A DNA stretch of 44,157 bases, counting the filler, from Jimgerdemannia flammicorona (Eukaryota): the NCBI GenBank assembly GCA_003990765.1. It is 2 parts of 2 records of this genome, joined end to end, with 100 filler letters (N's around TTAATTAATTAA, not from the genome) between each part and the next. Parts side by side here need not be neighbours in the genome. Positions count along the whole stretch, not along the records: positions 1 to 22,031 come from RBNJ01001346.1; 1 more part is not named here. One strand, written 5' to 3'. The notes below the pieces were generated by a model that was given only the letters and a program-made list of their open reading frames with translations, was not told the origin of the DNA and made no database searches. Within the stretch, counting starts at the first letter, position 1. Each line of letters begins with the position of its first letter. A program made the translations under genes and the position numbers. Of this stretch, positions 1-12,153 are shown in pieces.

Positions 1-72
1 AAAAAAAAAAAAAAAAAAAAATCGCCCGGAAATTAGCACGTAGTCCGGCAATTGTGAACATGAACAAGGTAC

Positions 73-1898
73 CTGATGGCCAAACAACAATCTCGGTAAT
101 GATCTGTAAACATTGGAGGAGAGACCCGTTAATTATGTTTATTAAAATAACAAATATAGGAAGAGAATTTCCATCTTACCTCCGACAATGGCAGAATGAC
201 CTCGGACATGTAAGGGAGGAATGCGAGCTGCCTGATAGCGTGAAATTCTCGTTCGCAAGTAACTTTATGAGTGTATATCTGCCTGAGCCAGATCACCAAA
301 AACTCATAGGCTTCGCAAAGTAGATTCGAAAATTTGTGTGCCATGGTGCCATCTGGGATCTGTAAAACCAGAATATGCAATCAGCACTCTGATTCGAGCC
401 AATGCGGTTATAATTACATATCCAAAAAATAAAAATAAAATAAAATAAAAATAACGTAGCAGCAGCATACCTTATGAATACATCTGATGTCGAGCGGGTT
501 TTCGCTCGCTGCCTGTTTTTGCTCTGGGGTTGAGTTTTTCTCAAAGACACCATCGACCACCTCCGAATGATACCACAGCTGAGGATTAGCCATCACATTC
601 CGAGCTGGCCGGAAATGCTCGTCAATCACCAACTCGGCCCGAAAAGCATCCCATATGCTTTTGAACTTTTGAAAATGCCCATTCACGTCGATGGCCCCAA
701 TGCCTTCGCCTTGAGTGTTCGAAAACGATATAAACATGTAAGAAGGAAAGTGTGAAAAAGAAAAAATAGAGAGAGAAGAGAGGGTATTCCAGATTCAAGC
801 ATGCCAGCAAATAATAATTACCTTGATCAATAACTTGTTGAAGGGCCGCCTTCGCCGTTGCCACATCCGTTATTTTTGGGATTCCCCTGTCGCCCGGCAA
901 CTGCGGGGTTTCGGCGTCATCTCCGGTCTCCTTAAACATGTCGTTCACATCCTTTTTACCCAGCTCGAACATTTTTTCCGTCAAACCGTTCATGATGTCT
1001 GTGTAAAGCTGGGCGAGGTCCTTATAAAACGGCGGTTCTGGTATCTCGCCCAATGGAGACGTTTTGCCATCCCTGTAGGCGGCGACGAAATTTGGCATCA
1101 ATTCCGGCATTTCTTGGTCGATCGGGCCCCGTTCGAAAGTCAAGAAGCGCCACAAAGTATCCGGGTCGAATTGCGCAAGGACCATCGGTATCTTGCCAGA
1201 ATCGGTACCCTTTTCCTTATAGAACCAGTTCACGGGAAAATTTGGTCTTCCGAAGCTGAGAGCACAGGAGAAAACGATACAGTATGAAAAAACCGATTTT
1301 CCATACTGGTCCGGGCAACCGTTTATGAGTTCTTTTACTTACTAGGGTTCAGCACCAACTCCTACAAGCACCTGGTTCACGACGTGTAAGTGTTGCATTT
1401 CTTGACGATAGATGCTAAAATATCAGATCAAGTCCATATGAAAATGTCAAGTTCCATTAAAATAAGCCATGACAATCGCAAGATGAGGAAAATTCGAACT
1501 CGCACCTATGGATTGTCTTCTTCCATCCCCTGACCAACTCTGCTTGGTAATACTTGCGCTTCTCGTTGTCAAACTCTGCCGGAACTTTGGCAATAAGCCC
1601 ATGACAACGCAAGTTTTTACGCTCCCAAAATTAAATCAAAACAAAAACCCTCTTACCCTCAGCCTGGATCTTGAGCGAAGATGCGGCGTAGATATATTGC
1701 AGCGCGAGCATGTGCTCAACTTCTGCTGCCTCTATGAGCAACTCTGAACCGCAATAAATTTGTAAACATGATCCCGTACCACTAAACTAAATAACGAATT
1801 GATTGATTCATACCTATTACTTGCCATCGACTAGGTTTCTCCTTATCACTAACGAAATCTGCCTGCTCTGGATGTAGTGTAGAGTTAGGGGCTGACAT
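73..1898 (-). CDS. Multi-exon ferritin-like domain protein (PF12902-type, related to VioB/RebD/StaD-family ferritin-like domains); 3' end runs off the window start
   Basis: Manual splicing from the ATG at 1898 with GT-AG introns at 1744-1813, ~1585-1656, 1415-1505, 1256-1342, 710-821, 360-470, 104-179 and a probable donor at 72 gives one open frame: MSAPN...LLIEAAEVEHMLALQYIYAASSLK...IYRQEMQHLHVVNQVLVGVGAEPYFGRPNFP...FLTFERG...VIDQGEG...GHFQKF. These match the family motifs A(A)ELEH..QYLYA..SLK, EEMLH, RPNFP, IEQGEG and HY.KF. Confidence 0.85.
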
Positions 1899-1946
1899 TT
1901 TTCGCGGTCGTAATAGTTGGCTGACAAGACTTTTTTGCAACTTGTA

Positions 1947-2004
1947 AGGGCACGTGCCCTAAAATCGACGCGTCCCAAATTGGGCCTGGGCCTGGGGCTT
2001 GGGG
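1947..2004. promoter_or_regulatory. Promoter-proximal 14-bp palindrome with CACGTG core, plus a G-quadruplex motif
   Basis: AGGGCACGTGCCCT (1947-1960) is a perfect palindrome; GGGCCTGGGCCTGGGGCTTGGGG (1982-2004) fits the canonical G4 pattern. Both lie 50-105 nt upstream of the ATG at 1898. Function is inferred. Confidence 0.4.
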
Positions 2005-3269
2005 CTAAGCCTTAGCGCAAGGGGTATTTCGGGCCCTACGGCAAGTGAAACCCCGACGATCAATTTTGTGGAACCGTCACACAACTTTATGGGTATAAGG
2101 GTCCGATTCAGCCGAAAACCGGTTAGATGCTGAGAGGTAAGGAGCGGCGACACGGACGTGTACCCATTACCCAAACTACGTGTGATGCACTTGTTTCCCT
2201 TCTCCCCCGTTTCGTGAAAATCACTTCTTCATCGCCCTCAATCACCAGCATGAGCACCCTTGATTTCTAGTCACTCTGTGATTGCGTGTTGGCCTTCGAC
2301 TGCTCCTCAGTATGTTTTTTTATTTGTCCGTACGATGTTATCGTGCTAAACTAGCGAACACGCTTTACGCCTTATTCATCATGTTCAGATACAATTCTTT
2401 TTTTTATTTATTTTTTTTCTTTACCTAAATCTTCCCTCCTGTCAACCCCACGAAACTTGATCAGTTGCGCCAGTTGCAAATGGTTCGTGCGCAACATTTG
2501 CCTGTAATAAAACTGATCCTGGTACCCTGCATGACGCATCCCTTACCGTAAGCGCCTGGCTGTGAAACGTGGTCTATGGACTTGCGGAACAGTGCGGTAA
2601 GAAAGAGAAAATCCGCGTGGTGAGACGGGTTTGGGTGAATCAAAGGCTCGACGTGATGACTCAAACGCGATAAGCAAGGATAACTGCGGCAAGTCAGGTC
2701 AAAGCGACACGATAAAGGAGGAGCATGCCAACAATTCCAAATCGGTATCACCTCCATATTCATTGCCGGCACGGCCCTCTTGGCCCTGCGCCGAAGCCAA
2801 GCCCATCGACAAAGTCGCAGATGCGACGCAGCGCGTCTTCTTCCAGAACGTGGCTGCCCGGTACGAGGAGTACAGTTCTCGTCGCCGTTAACTACGTAAT
2901 GTCTTAGGGTCGGTGTTATAGCTCAAAATGGTTCCACGGCCAGGTCCGCAGCGCAGTCGGCGGCGCGACCGCCACCTACAACGACGTCAAGGTATGGGAC
3001 AACAGTGTCCGGCCCAGCCAGTGGTTCGAAAGTGATGTCGTCGCGGTGCATGTCCACGATGTGCTGTGAGGAGACCTGCGAGGCCATCGCGCCAGCGCCG
3101 GCGCTGTTACCGGATTTGAGCTCGGGTCCACCGAAATGTGATTGCCGTTCATGTAGAGCTTGAAGGACGGTATGGAAGAATAGGATTGGGATTGAAAACC
3201 AAAACCAGATATTTTATTTCTCCCTAAATAAACACCTTTAACTGACTGAAGAACGACAGAGAATACAAA

Positions 3270-4355
3270 CCTTCAAATAAACCCTACAAACGGCCGCCCG
3301 CTCGGCCTCAGAACCGTCGAGCCCCATGCGCACCTGCTTGATGAGGTGGTCGACCTCCTGCCCGAACCTGCCATACTACGTCAGGAGGGTCACGCAATGC
3401 TTGACATCAACCGCGGCCAGCATGACGAGCCTCGCGTGGTCTTGAGATCGATCTTGGTAGAGTGATCGGTGTCTGCGGCAGCGGCGTTCGTTGCCTCTGT
3501 GGAACAATGGACCGCACGTGTTAAATCATCTACCTCCCAATATGAACCCACACCAAGGAAAAAACATGGCCCTTACAAAACCCACCGTTATCCCCATTCT
3601 TTCCTCGTCGTTGTCTTCTTGCTCTCTCCCCCAGTTTCCCCCTCTCATCCCCACTGCTCTCCCAGCTCTTACCGCCGGGTCGCCCCTCACCCGCCGACTC
3701 GCCCCTCACCGCCTTAAACCTGTCTGCCCACTACCTGATCTCGGCCTTGACCAGAGCCGTACACCGCTCTGACACGTCTGTCGGGAAGGTCAAGCACAGT
3801 GAGTCGGGCGACGGGAACAGGTTGCTCGAGAAGGCCAGTAGGTGTCGCCGAGGATCTGAGAATATGAAGACGAAAAAGGGTGCCCACAAATATGTCAGTT
3901 ATCCAATTCTCGACCCCCCCCCCACGAAGATGGAAAAAAAAATAAAAAATAAAAATTACTCACCACCACTCTCTTCGCCACCTCCACGATCCAAACCCAG
4001 TTCCTGCCAGCCAGCCAGTTTGATGAACCTAGTCGCGGCGCTCCTTAAGCTCCTCGATGGCCTAGGCGGAGGTGTCGTGGCCCGGTTCCTCAGGCTGGAT
4101 GGCGCGATACCTCCACATATGATACTGCCAATGAGTGTTGATGACTGAAACGACCATCTGAAGAGGGTTGGAAACTCCTCCTCGTACCCCAATCCTCCCT
4201 TATCGACGAGACTGCCTATGAGCTGCACGGCCATGAGCTGCACGGCCATGAGCTGCACGGCCATGAACTGCACGGCGATGAGGTGCTCGATACGGGAGAT
4301 GGTGCCGCAGAGGGAGTAGAGCTGGTCGTCCGTGAATTGGGCCATCAGGATATCC
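3270..4355 (-). pseudogene. Probable degraded fragment of cohesin subunit Scc3/Psc3/STAG (C-terminal part)
   Basis: Minus-strand segments DILMAQFTDDQLYSLCGTISRIEHLI, IGSLVDKGGLGYEEE, LCLTFPTDVSERCTALVKAEI and ARLVMLAAVDVKHCVTLLT*YGRFGQEVDHLIKQ resemble, from memory and in the right order, fungal Scc3 motifs. In-frame TAG at 3376-3378, apparent frameshifts or deletions, and an intron-like GTGAGT..CAG at about 3857-3963. Needs a homology search. Confidence 0.5.
4218..4282. repeat. 15-bp tandem repeat (ATGAGCTGCACGGCC) x4.3
   Basis: Units start at 4218, 4233, 4248, 4263 (variant) and 4278 (partial); encodes (MAVQL)n on the minus strand. Confidence 0.95.
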
Positions 4356-5904
4356 TGTAGAAATGAATGAAGGATAATCTAAGAGACTGTATACGTTCGA
4401 AATAATAGTTCATAGTCCAAAACGCACGCATAGCCGCTCAGATATGACCACCCACCAATCCCACAAAAAACAGAGATGAAATCCTCACCTTCCCCTCACA
4501 TGATACAGCACACTGAGAACGATAAAGGTTTCATAGGCTTTGATCATGAGAAGGTCGAGGTAGACTTGGAACTTCATGAGCTACAGGGTGGTAATGATTT
4601 CAGCGGGAAGTGTCTTTCCCATATGGCGCGAGATAGCGTTGTGAGTCTCTCGATCTGCGTGTGTCTGGGGAGGAGGAAGGAGGAAGCAGGTTATAGGATG
4701 ATGCCGATTTCGGCAGTAAGCGCCCACATGAGCCACAAACCCACACATCCACACCACCAACCCCTACTTCCTCCTGGTCCGCAATCCACACGACCCGCAA
4801 ATCAACGCACCTTCTTCAATAAGACTAGTAATGATAGAGTACCTCTTGCACGACAGCAACAATCAGAGTGGGATAAACGCGATTTCAAACGCCGACTAGT
4901 CAATGGTAGTATACACCGAAGGGCTGTCTGGAAGATCACGAATGGCACTTCGACATTAATAATCCTTAGAGCTTAAACAACACACGTGTTGACGCGTCCG
5001 ATTTAATAAATATATAAAATACATGTAAACGCCACCGAATGGAGATGACCTAGAATAGACCGGTTTCGCCCTTGCTCAAGGGGCTCATCAGTTGGTTTAA
5101 AAGCAACCAAGACTGGCATAAGGAACTGGTCAAAATTTTAGTTCGGAGATAATTATAATTATAAAAAAAAGAAGAAAAGGGCAGGCAGAAAAAATTATTC
5201 GCATTACTTATCTTTTGGAATGAAGATCACCAGCTGGCTGGTCCCAACCCGTCGACCCGCCGGTAACGCCAAGGGCCATTTGAAACACCTTCCGAAAAAT
5301 GAAGGGCCAACCAAGTTTTCGTCCGGTGGATGGACGGCCACTGCAATGCGAAGCCACATACTGTGACTTTAGACTATCATAATATATTATCACAGAGAGT
5401 GCCCCTTGGGCGGGGAAGTTTGCGTGAGAGGGGAAAGAGAGTGGAAAACTGGGAGAGAGAACAGGGGAGGGAACTGAAAGACTGGTTGTTGCGGTTTATT
5501 TTTTGGAAAATGGAGATGGATGTTGGTATATCAAGCGAGACGTTTCAGTATACGCCATAGATTGATTCGACGCCATTCATGCATTTCACTCTACGCACGC
5601 ATTTCCTAGTTTGTTTTTCGACCTCTTTCTATATGCTTTTTCTGTGGGGTAGTGGTTACGGGTTCAAGCTTTCAATCCCTCGCTGTATTCTTTCTGTGGC
5701 AGCAAACCGTGTGATTTTATATAGTTAAAGGAAGGAATGGGTTGTACAAATAGGGAATGGAACGTGCTATCAGAAGGATCCGCGTATAGTAATTATAATG
5801 GGGCTCGACGGGTTGCTCATCTTAGACTTATGTCATGTGATACAATTCAAAACTTCAGTTCTCACCTAACAGTTTAAGGTAGACACTCGTTCATCCATTG
5901 CGAA

Positions 5905-6700
5905 CGCTTCCACCTACTGCTTGACAACCAGCACTGAAGCTTATTCCCTCGTCATTTCCTTCAGGAATCGCATAATTCCTCTCACTGGGAACCTAAATAA
6001 GAGTGGCCAGTCCGATCCGATGTTGTCGGGACCTCAACCCTGGTAAGAGGGCTGGTGAGTTTGTCCTCCGCCGGACACTAATCTCGCACCAGCGAAGTTT
6101 GCATTTGTGGGGATCATTATGCGCTGGAGGAGCATTAATGCAACTTCTTCCTCTCATCTTTACATGTGTTCGCACTTACAATTATTCGCATGAAGCAGAA
6201 ACTGAAATGATATCGCGTTCCCCAGATCAACAAAACTCTGGCACTTGTGGATACCCATTTGTTTATCCCCTGCTAATGCTTCCACCATGTGCTCGACAAC
6301 CAACACTGAAGCTTGTTCTCTCGTCTTTTTTTCTCCTGCACAAACCAACATCTGCAAACCTCGAGTAGCTGCCTGGACCAAGAAAATACTTCCTGTACCC
6401 TCAGGAATCGCATACTTCCTCTCACTGGGAACCTAATAAGAGTGGGGGATAGACTGTGGCCTTCGGGTGGCTCCGAAGAGAAAAAATTGCACCCCAACCC
6501 TGGTAAGAGGGCTGGTGAGTTTGACCTCCGCCAGACACCAATCTCACACCATTGAGGTTTGTATTTGTGGGTATAGAGTTGGCGATCTATCAATGAAAAA
6601 GCTAAGTAGTCTCTTCCTCTCATCTTGACCTTACACATGTTCGCATGGTTATCTTGTTTTACACTTACAATCATTGGCACGAAGCGGAAAATAAAATGTA
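5905..6700 (+). repeat. Diverged tandem duplication (about 5905-6210 vs 6279-6700)
   Basis: Collinear shared blocks: GACAACCA(G/A)CACTGAAGCTT, TCAGGAATCGCATA.TTCCTCTCACTGGGAACCTAA, CAACCCTGGTAAGAGGGCTGGTGAGTTTG.CCTCCGCC, CTTCCTCTCATCTT. The second copy has extra inserts. Confidence 0.85.
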
Positions 6701-7299
6701 TTTTGGCCGATGTTGGGAGTCTAACATCGGTCTTGGTAACTCTAGAATCCAACTGACGAGCCCCTTGGGTAAGGGGGAAACTGATATATTGCCCAAGTAG
6801 TAGCGCCGTGCTTACAGCGCATCTCATCTATTAGATCGAGGGAAATCCCGTCTCGCACGGGTGTACGTGTTTGGTGAACGCAGGCGTTGGCAATCTACGA
6901 CCTTATCAGCATCTTCGTTTATCCACATCCTCTATGCTCACGTGGTGTTCTTATATAGTATTAGTTAGCAAAGAGATGTAAAAATGTATAAATGTGTGGG
7001 TAAATAAAAGCAGCGTTCACAACTTATCGAAGCATAATAAAAAGAATTCTGAAGAGCCACCAAGAAGAACGCATGCCAAGTAGAACGTGTGCAATCAAAG
7101 CCAGGATCCATTATCAGCAATCCAATAGGTCATTTTTCAAGCTTAACAGGTCGCCTTGTGACTCTTTACTTACTGGCCAAAGCATCGATTTTTCGGGCAA
7201 CCGACCGGCGGGCTGAGTCATACAATTTGGTGGTTTTTTTCTTCTTTTATTGTTTGAGGTACCGCCGCACATATAGAAATTATTGATTACTTTTTATTG

Positions 7300-10000
7300 A
7301 AGTTTAGTCAACATAACCTGTAGTAGAATAAGATCAAAAAAATCTCACTCTTATCCTTATTATCTGGATTCTTATAGTCAAGATCTTTGTTATTCTGATT
7401 CCTATTATCCTGATTCTCATTATTCTAATTTCAATCTCAATATTTGAATTTATATCTCTATCACTATTGCAAATTACAAAATAGGGCAGCAGTGTAGCTT
7501 GACTTGAGCTCTTAGTTATTTTGTCAAAAAGTAACAAAATGTTCAGTTGGTTTCTAAAAGTGTAAGTTCTCTTATTTACATAATGCTGATGATTTCAGTA
7601 GTTTCCTTAATATATATGGATTTTGTACAATATAGTGATTTGGTAGATTTCTTCAAATAGCAGCTAAGTTCTTTACTTAAACTTTGGGCAAATTTTCAGA
7701 CTTTATCTAATAAGCAGGCTAAAATATAGCAGAAATCTTAAAGTTCATCAGACTTAATATGATAAGTAGATCAAAATCAGTAGACTTCTTTATATTGAAA
7801 AATAAACTAAAGTAGAAAAGAGAATAAAGCTTACAATCTCTTTAATAATAACTTTAGAGTAGATATTTCTCTTAAGTATTACAATTTTTTTCTTAGATTA
7901 AGTAGCTCTTAATAGATATATATATATCTCAAAGTATATTATAGATAGACTTGTCTTTTACTTTTTTTTTAACTTTTTGAACTGTGGTTTTTTTAATTAG
8001 ATCTTTAGTATATTTTATATAAGTTGAGTTACTATCTAGATACTATTTGAATAATTATAGTATATATATATATAATAAGACTAATATAGTAAATATTTAA
8101 TAAAATTACAAATACTAACTGAGTATACTATCTTGAATATCTGAGTCTTATAACTTTTATTATAATGAATAGAAAAAGTAATTTTATTAATAATATATAT
8201 ATAAGTTATATATTTTATATATTACTAATAAATAATATAAAACTATATACTGATAGAATTAATATATTATAGATATTTAGAGATAACTATTAGCCCTAAG
8301 TTCTGAGCTCTGTGAGAAAGTACTAAGTTTCTTCTACCTAGTGCTCTGATCAAGTTGGGGAAATTCAAACCTAATTTAAATTTGCCAACCATATATCTAA
8401 TTCAAACCAGTTCAAATTTACCACATAATGAATTTGAATTGATTCAAATTTAAATTCAGTATATAATGAGTTTAGATCAGTTTGAATCTAACTGAACTAG
8501 CTCAAATTTACCTCAGAAACTAGAATCCTAATAAATTCTTCAGACAATAAATCAAACTGAATTAGGAGTCAGCTAGCACAAATTAACAAGTCTACCAAAT
8601 AGAGCAATTCTTTGATAAAAAAAAACCCCTGAAGAAAGGACACTATATCTATTAAACTTCTAGCAAATATTCAAAAACTAAGATATAATATGAAAATCAG
8701 TTACCAAATATACAAAATATCTACAGATTTTTTTACTTCTCTAAGTTTCCAAAAAATTTGTTATAATAGTATATAGCTTCCAAGGTTCTGTATAAATATG
8801 TACTCAGAGATAAACTATTCAAAACTTCTCCATCTCCAATAACTATTGAACTATGTAGTTAATTTGAGTGAAACATCATTATTATATTAAACTCTAGTGG
8901 AACTTCAATATCATAAGCCAAATTATAGAACAAGCCCACAGATTTTGAAGTACTGTTCTTTATATTTGATGATATAGAGTAAAACAGATATCATGTCTTG
9001 ATCAGTATAAGTAGGAGAGCTTACATATTGGTCAAAAAATATATTACTGACTTTTACCATATTTTGCTCAAACTGAAATCCTCTAAGTCTAAAATATATC
9101 CTAAATTGACTTATATTCATCTGATCTCTATCTATTCTAGATAATTTCAAAGCTAATGAAGATACTGATACCAAATATAGAAACTCTGATACTGAAGTCA
9201 GGAATATCAAGAATACCAAGGATATCAAAGTTTGGAATATTAGAGATGCTGAGAATGCTGAGAATATCAGAAATACCAGAGATGCTGGAGATATCAGGAA
9301 TGCTGAGAATGCCAGAGATGCTAAGAATACCAAGAATGCCAAGGATATTGAGATACCCACTGAAATTTCCTTGAGAGATAAACAATAAAGAGTATTGAAT
9401 TGATCAAAAATTATTAAGAGGCATAATATAGTAATACATCTCTCTAGCATAAGTTAAAGTATAGTTAGCTGATATATAAGATCCAGTTCTAGTTTAAGCT
9501 TTACCATATAATCCAGCTTTCTGAACTTTGAATACCTTCTCACAAACATCCATCAAAACCTAACTTACTTGATCTCTCAATATTTCTCTCCAAATAGCAA
9601 GAACAACTTTCTTTGTATCAGTATCCAAGAGAATATAATTGCAGTATAAATTTAGAATGCCAGCTAGCAAAGTGGAGGACTCCAAAAACATTATAGTTTG
9701 AAAATGATTTTAGTACCCTTTTTCTAAAAACTTGACAGAATATCACCATCTTACTTCTTTTAAATTTTGTATATAAAGTGTTATTGTCTGACCTTCTGGA
9801 AGATCAAGCCTCAGAATTCTCAGTATTTCGAAATTCTGTAGACTTGGGATACAGAACTGAGTCTGAATAAATTTGACCTTGAGATTTTGCTGATCTATCT
9901 AGTATTATCATTGTTGATCTAAAAAATCTACTAACTATACTTTACATTAATTCTTCTTTACTTTCTAAAATAATCCAGATTAGATGAGCATACCCCCACA
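7300..10000. other. AT-rich, CpG-depleted decayed repeat or transposon DNA, unclassified
   Basis: Abrupt switch to very AT-rich sequence with almost no CG, many TA dinucleotides and no credible ORF. Confidence 0.55.
9200..9355 (+). repeat. Degenerate 9-bp minisatellite (GAATGCTGA/GATATCAGG-like)
   Basis: Period-9 pattern producing the low-complexity ORFs at 9137-9450 in several frames. Confidence 0.75.
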
Positions 10001-10011
10001 CCCCCTCTTCT

Positions 10012-10012
<1 letters not shown>

Positions 10013-10058
<46 letters not shown>

Positions 10059-10062
10059 AAAC

Positions 10063-10115
<53 letters not shown>
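10013..10115 (+). repeat. Interrupted poly(A) tract (~100 nt)
   Basis: Two long A runs separated by CCAAACC; other long homopolymers at 1-21, ~19039-19079, ~21148-21198 (T) and ~22012-22031. Confidence 0.9.
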
Positions 10116-10118
<3 letters not shown>

Positions 10119-10617
10119 TCCAGAAACTTACTTGAATAGTAGAAAGATATTAAAAAATTCAATTATATATTTTCTGAGCTGGTAGAGGAGAGCTCACAGG
10201 AAAATGAAAACACTATAGTTTAGATAATCTCTCATAGTAGGGGTTTTTAAATATCTTCTGAAGTATATCAATTCCTTACTCTATATTGATCATATAAGCT
10301 AGTAAGCCCAAAAACTTTTCTAAAATATCACATTTCAGGGGTTTTCCAAAATCTAACTCAGGACTAACTCTATCAGATAGAAGGGTTGAGAGAATCACTA
10401 AAGTGGCCTTCAACTTCTGTCTTGAAGTAGTTAGTAATTCACTTGAGTCAAAATTAGCAGAGATAAAATCAACTTCTATTTCACAATAATATACTGGAAT
10501 AACCTAGCAGTGATGGGTGCAAAGAGGGGGATTGTCAGAATGGAAAAAAAAAAAAACATAACTGACAAGAGATACTAAGGGATATGAGAGAATAAGAGGA
10601 TGCTGGAGACTGAACAT

Positions 10618-10992
10618 GAGAGATACTTCTCTAAAGAGAGAGGATATCATCAGTATAGATCAGAAGTCACCCTCCCAACCAGTCTCCATCCTTGCAACAT
10701 CTCTGCTATAGTGAGATAGATAAGGCCAGCTAAAAGAGGTCCTCTGCTAAAGTAAGAGTATATAGCTAGTGTAAATTGAGAGATACCCCCCTGATCAGCC
10801 TTCTTAGGATACTGAAGACTGGTCATAAGACGTTCTCTTCTAGAGAGAGAGTATATCATCAGTACAAATTGAGAAACATCCCCCAAATGGCCTTCTAGAT
10901 GAAACATTGAAGACAGACCACAAGAGGTCCTCCTCAGAAATGAGAGAGTATATTTTTGGCACAGATCAGAGGATACCCCCCAACTAGTTTTC
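10618..10992 (+). repeat. Degenerate ~94-bp tandem repeat, about 4 units
   Basis: Recurring AAGAGGTCC...GAGAGTATAT...AGT(A/G)(C/T)A(A/G)AT(T/C)..AG...CCCCC motif near 10620, 10734, 10827 and 10922. Confidence 0.65.
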
Positions 10993-11194
10993 ATATTACC
11001 AGCATATCATCATGGCAAACATTGGCTTGGTAAAAATCAGCTTGGCAAATTATCATGAAAATAACAAAAGCAGTATGGTGAGGCAAGATAAGGTGAGGCA
11101 GGGTGAGGCAGGTTAGAGAATATATATAAAACATCTTAGGCAGAGAGTGTAGATGGCCTTTTTAAGTGGCAAGGTATATTGGAGTGGTCAGAAT

Positions 11195-11435
11195 AGAGCA
11201 TAAATAGTCTTTTCAAGTAGTGAGACATGCAGAAAATAAGCTATAAGAAATAGAGAGTGAGAGAAGTAAAGTGAAGTAAGTGAGAGATGTGAAGTAGAAT
11301 AAGTGAGAGAAGTGAAGCAGAGCAAGTAAGAGAAGTGAAGCAGAGCAAGTAAAGTAAAGAGAAATGGAGCAGAGCAAGTAAAGAGAAATGAGATGGAGTG
11401 AGTGAAGAGAAATGAGGTAGAGTGAGCAAAGTGTA
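11195..11435 (+). repeat. Purine-rich degenerate minisatellite (AAGTGAAGTAGAGTGAG-like), copy A
   Basis: Low-complexity GA-rich array; shares CTTTTCAAGT..CTATAAGAAATAGAGAGTGAG with 18950-19025. Confidence 0.7.
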
Positions 11436-11489
11436 AGCACACAACCTCCAAGCCACCAAAATTACATGTCATCTTCAGAACTAATTTGG

Positions 11490-11800
11490 AAACCACATGT
11501 GAGACTATAAAACAAGTTACTGAAGAGATCATCTGGTTATACAAAATATGCCAGCAAGCATGAAAACCCACTGCCAAGATACAAGAATACTAGAAGAAGT
11601 ACTATAACTATAAGACCACCTCTGTATTACTATAATTAGTTTGGTGTACTGTACTATTACAAAAGGAAACCAGAAGTACCAAACTCAAACTGAGACAAGA
11701 AGGACCCTATCTCATCCATCAAGGGTTCATGAACTATGCTTATCAAACTCAAGACCAAGATATACCATAACTATATAAGATCTCATTACTTAGCAGAAGC
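11490..11800 (+). mobile_element. Ty3/Gypsy LTR retrotransposon relic (integrase C-terminal GPY/F region)
   Basis: Reads IQEY*KKYYN...STKLKLRQEGPYLIHQGFMNYAYQ (GPY at 11702-11710), matching the Gypsy integrase tail Q..QKKYYD...KL...W.GPY.I......Y; contains stops. Confidence 0.6.
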
Positions 11801-12153
11801 AAAACACATTTGAACAACTCTGTTCGCTCTATCTGTGTCACCTCTATTAGAGAGTGATAGATGCTTCATCTGAACTCAAAAAAGCTGACATTGTCAAAAC
11901 CAATCTCAAGCCATCCATGTGACAGATATTACTACTAGAAATTGCCTCAGATTATAGAAAATATCATTTCTAAGAGGTTCGAACCCCCAGGTAGACTTCT
12001 TTTACTCGAACCATTTGGAGAGAGTTAAGCTACACCAACAACTTTCAGTGAAAGACAACACATTTGTAAGTTTTTATTTCGAACATACTGGTGTACATCA
12101 TGCAGTGGGAGTCTATCTATAAGGCACAGGAAAAACTGTCAAGTTTTAGCAAT

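Noticed and set aside
2247..3170. Possible plus-strand gene (ORF 2631-2891 and downstream)
   Set aside because: Coding-like composition, but no consistent spliced frame or recognisable family.
4476..4976. 166-aa ORF
   Set aside because: No recognisable domain and mixed composition; unsupported as a gene.
8339..8520. Possible DNA-transposon end with TTCAAA/TTTGAA motifs
   Set aside because: No matching inverted terminus or TSD found in the window.
8923..11577. Hydrophobic or low-complexity ORFs (8923-9450, 9980-10162, 11188-11577; also 18684-19255)
   Set aside because: They are translations of minisatellites and poly(A)/(T) tracts.
11960..12000. tRNA gene at GGTTCGAACCCC
   Set aside because: No cloverleaf, A-box or acceptor stem, even after removing the LINE.
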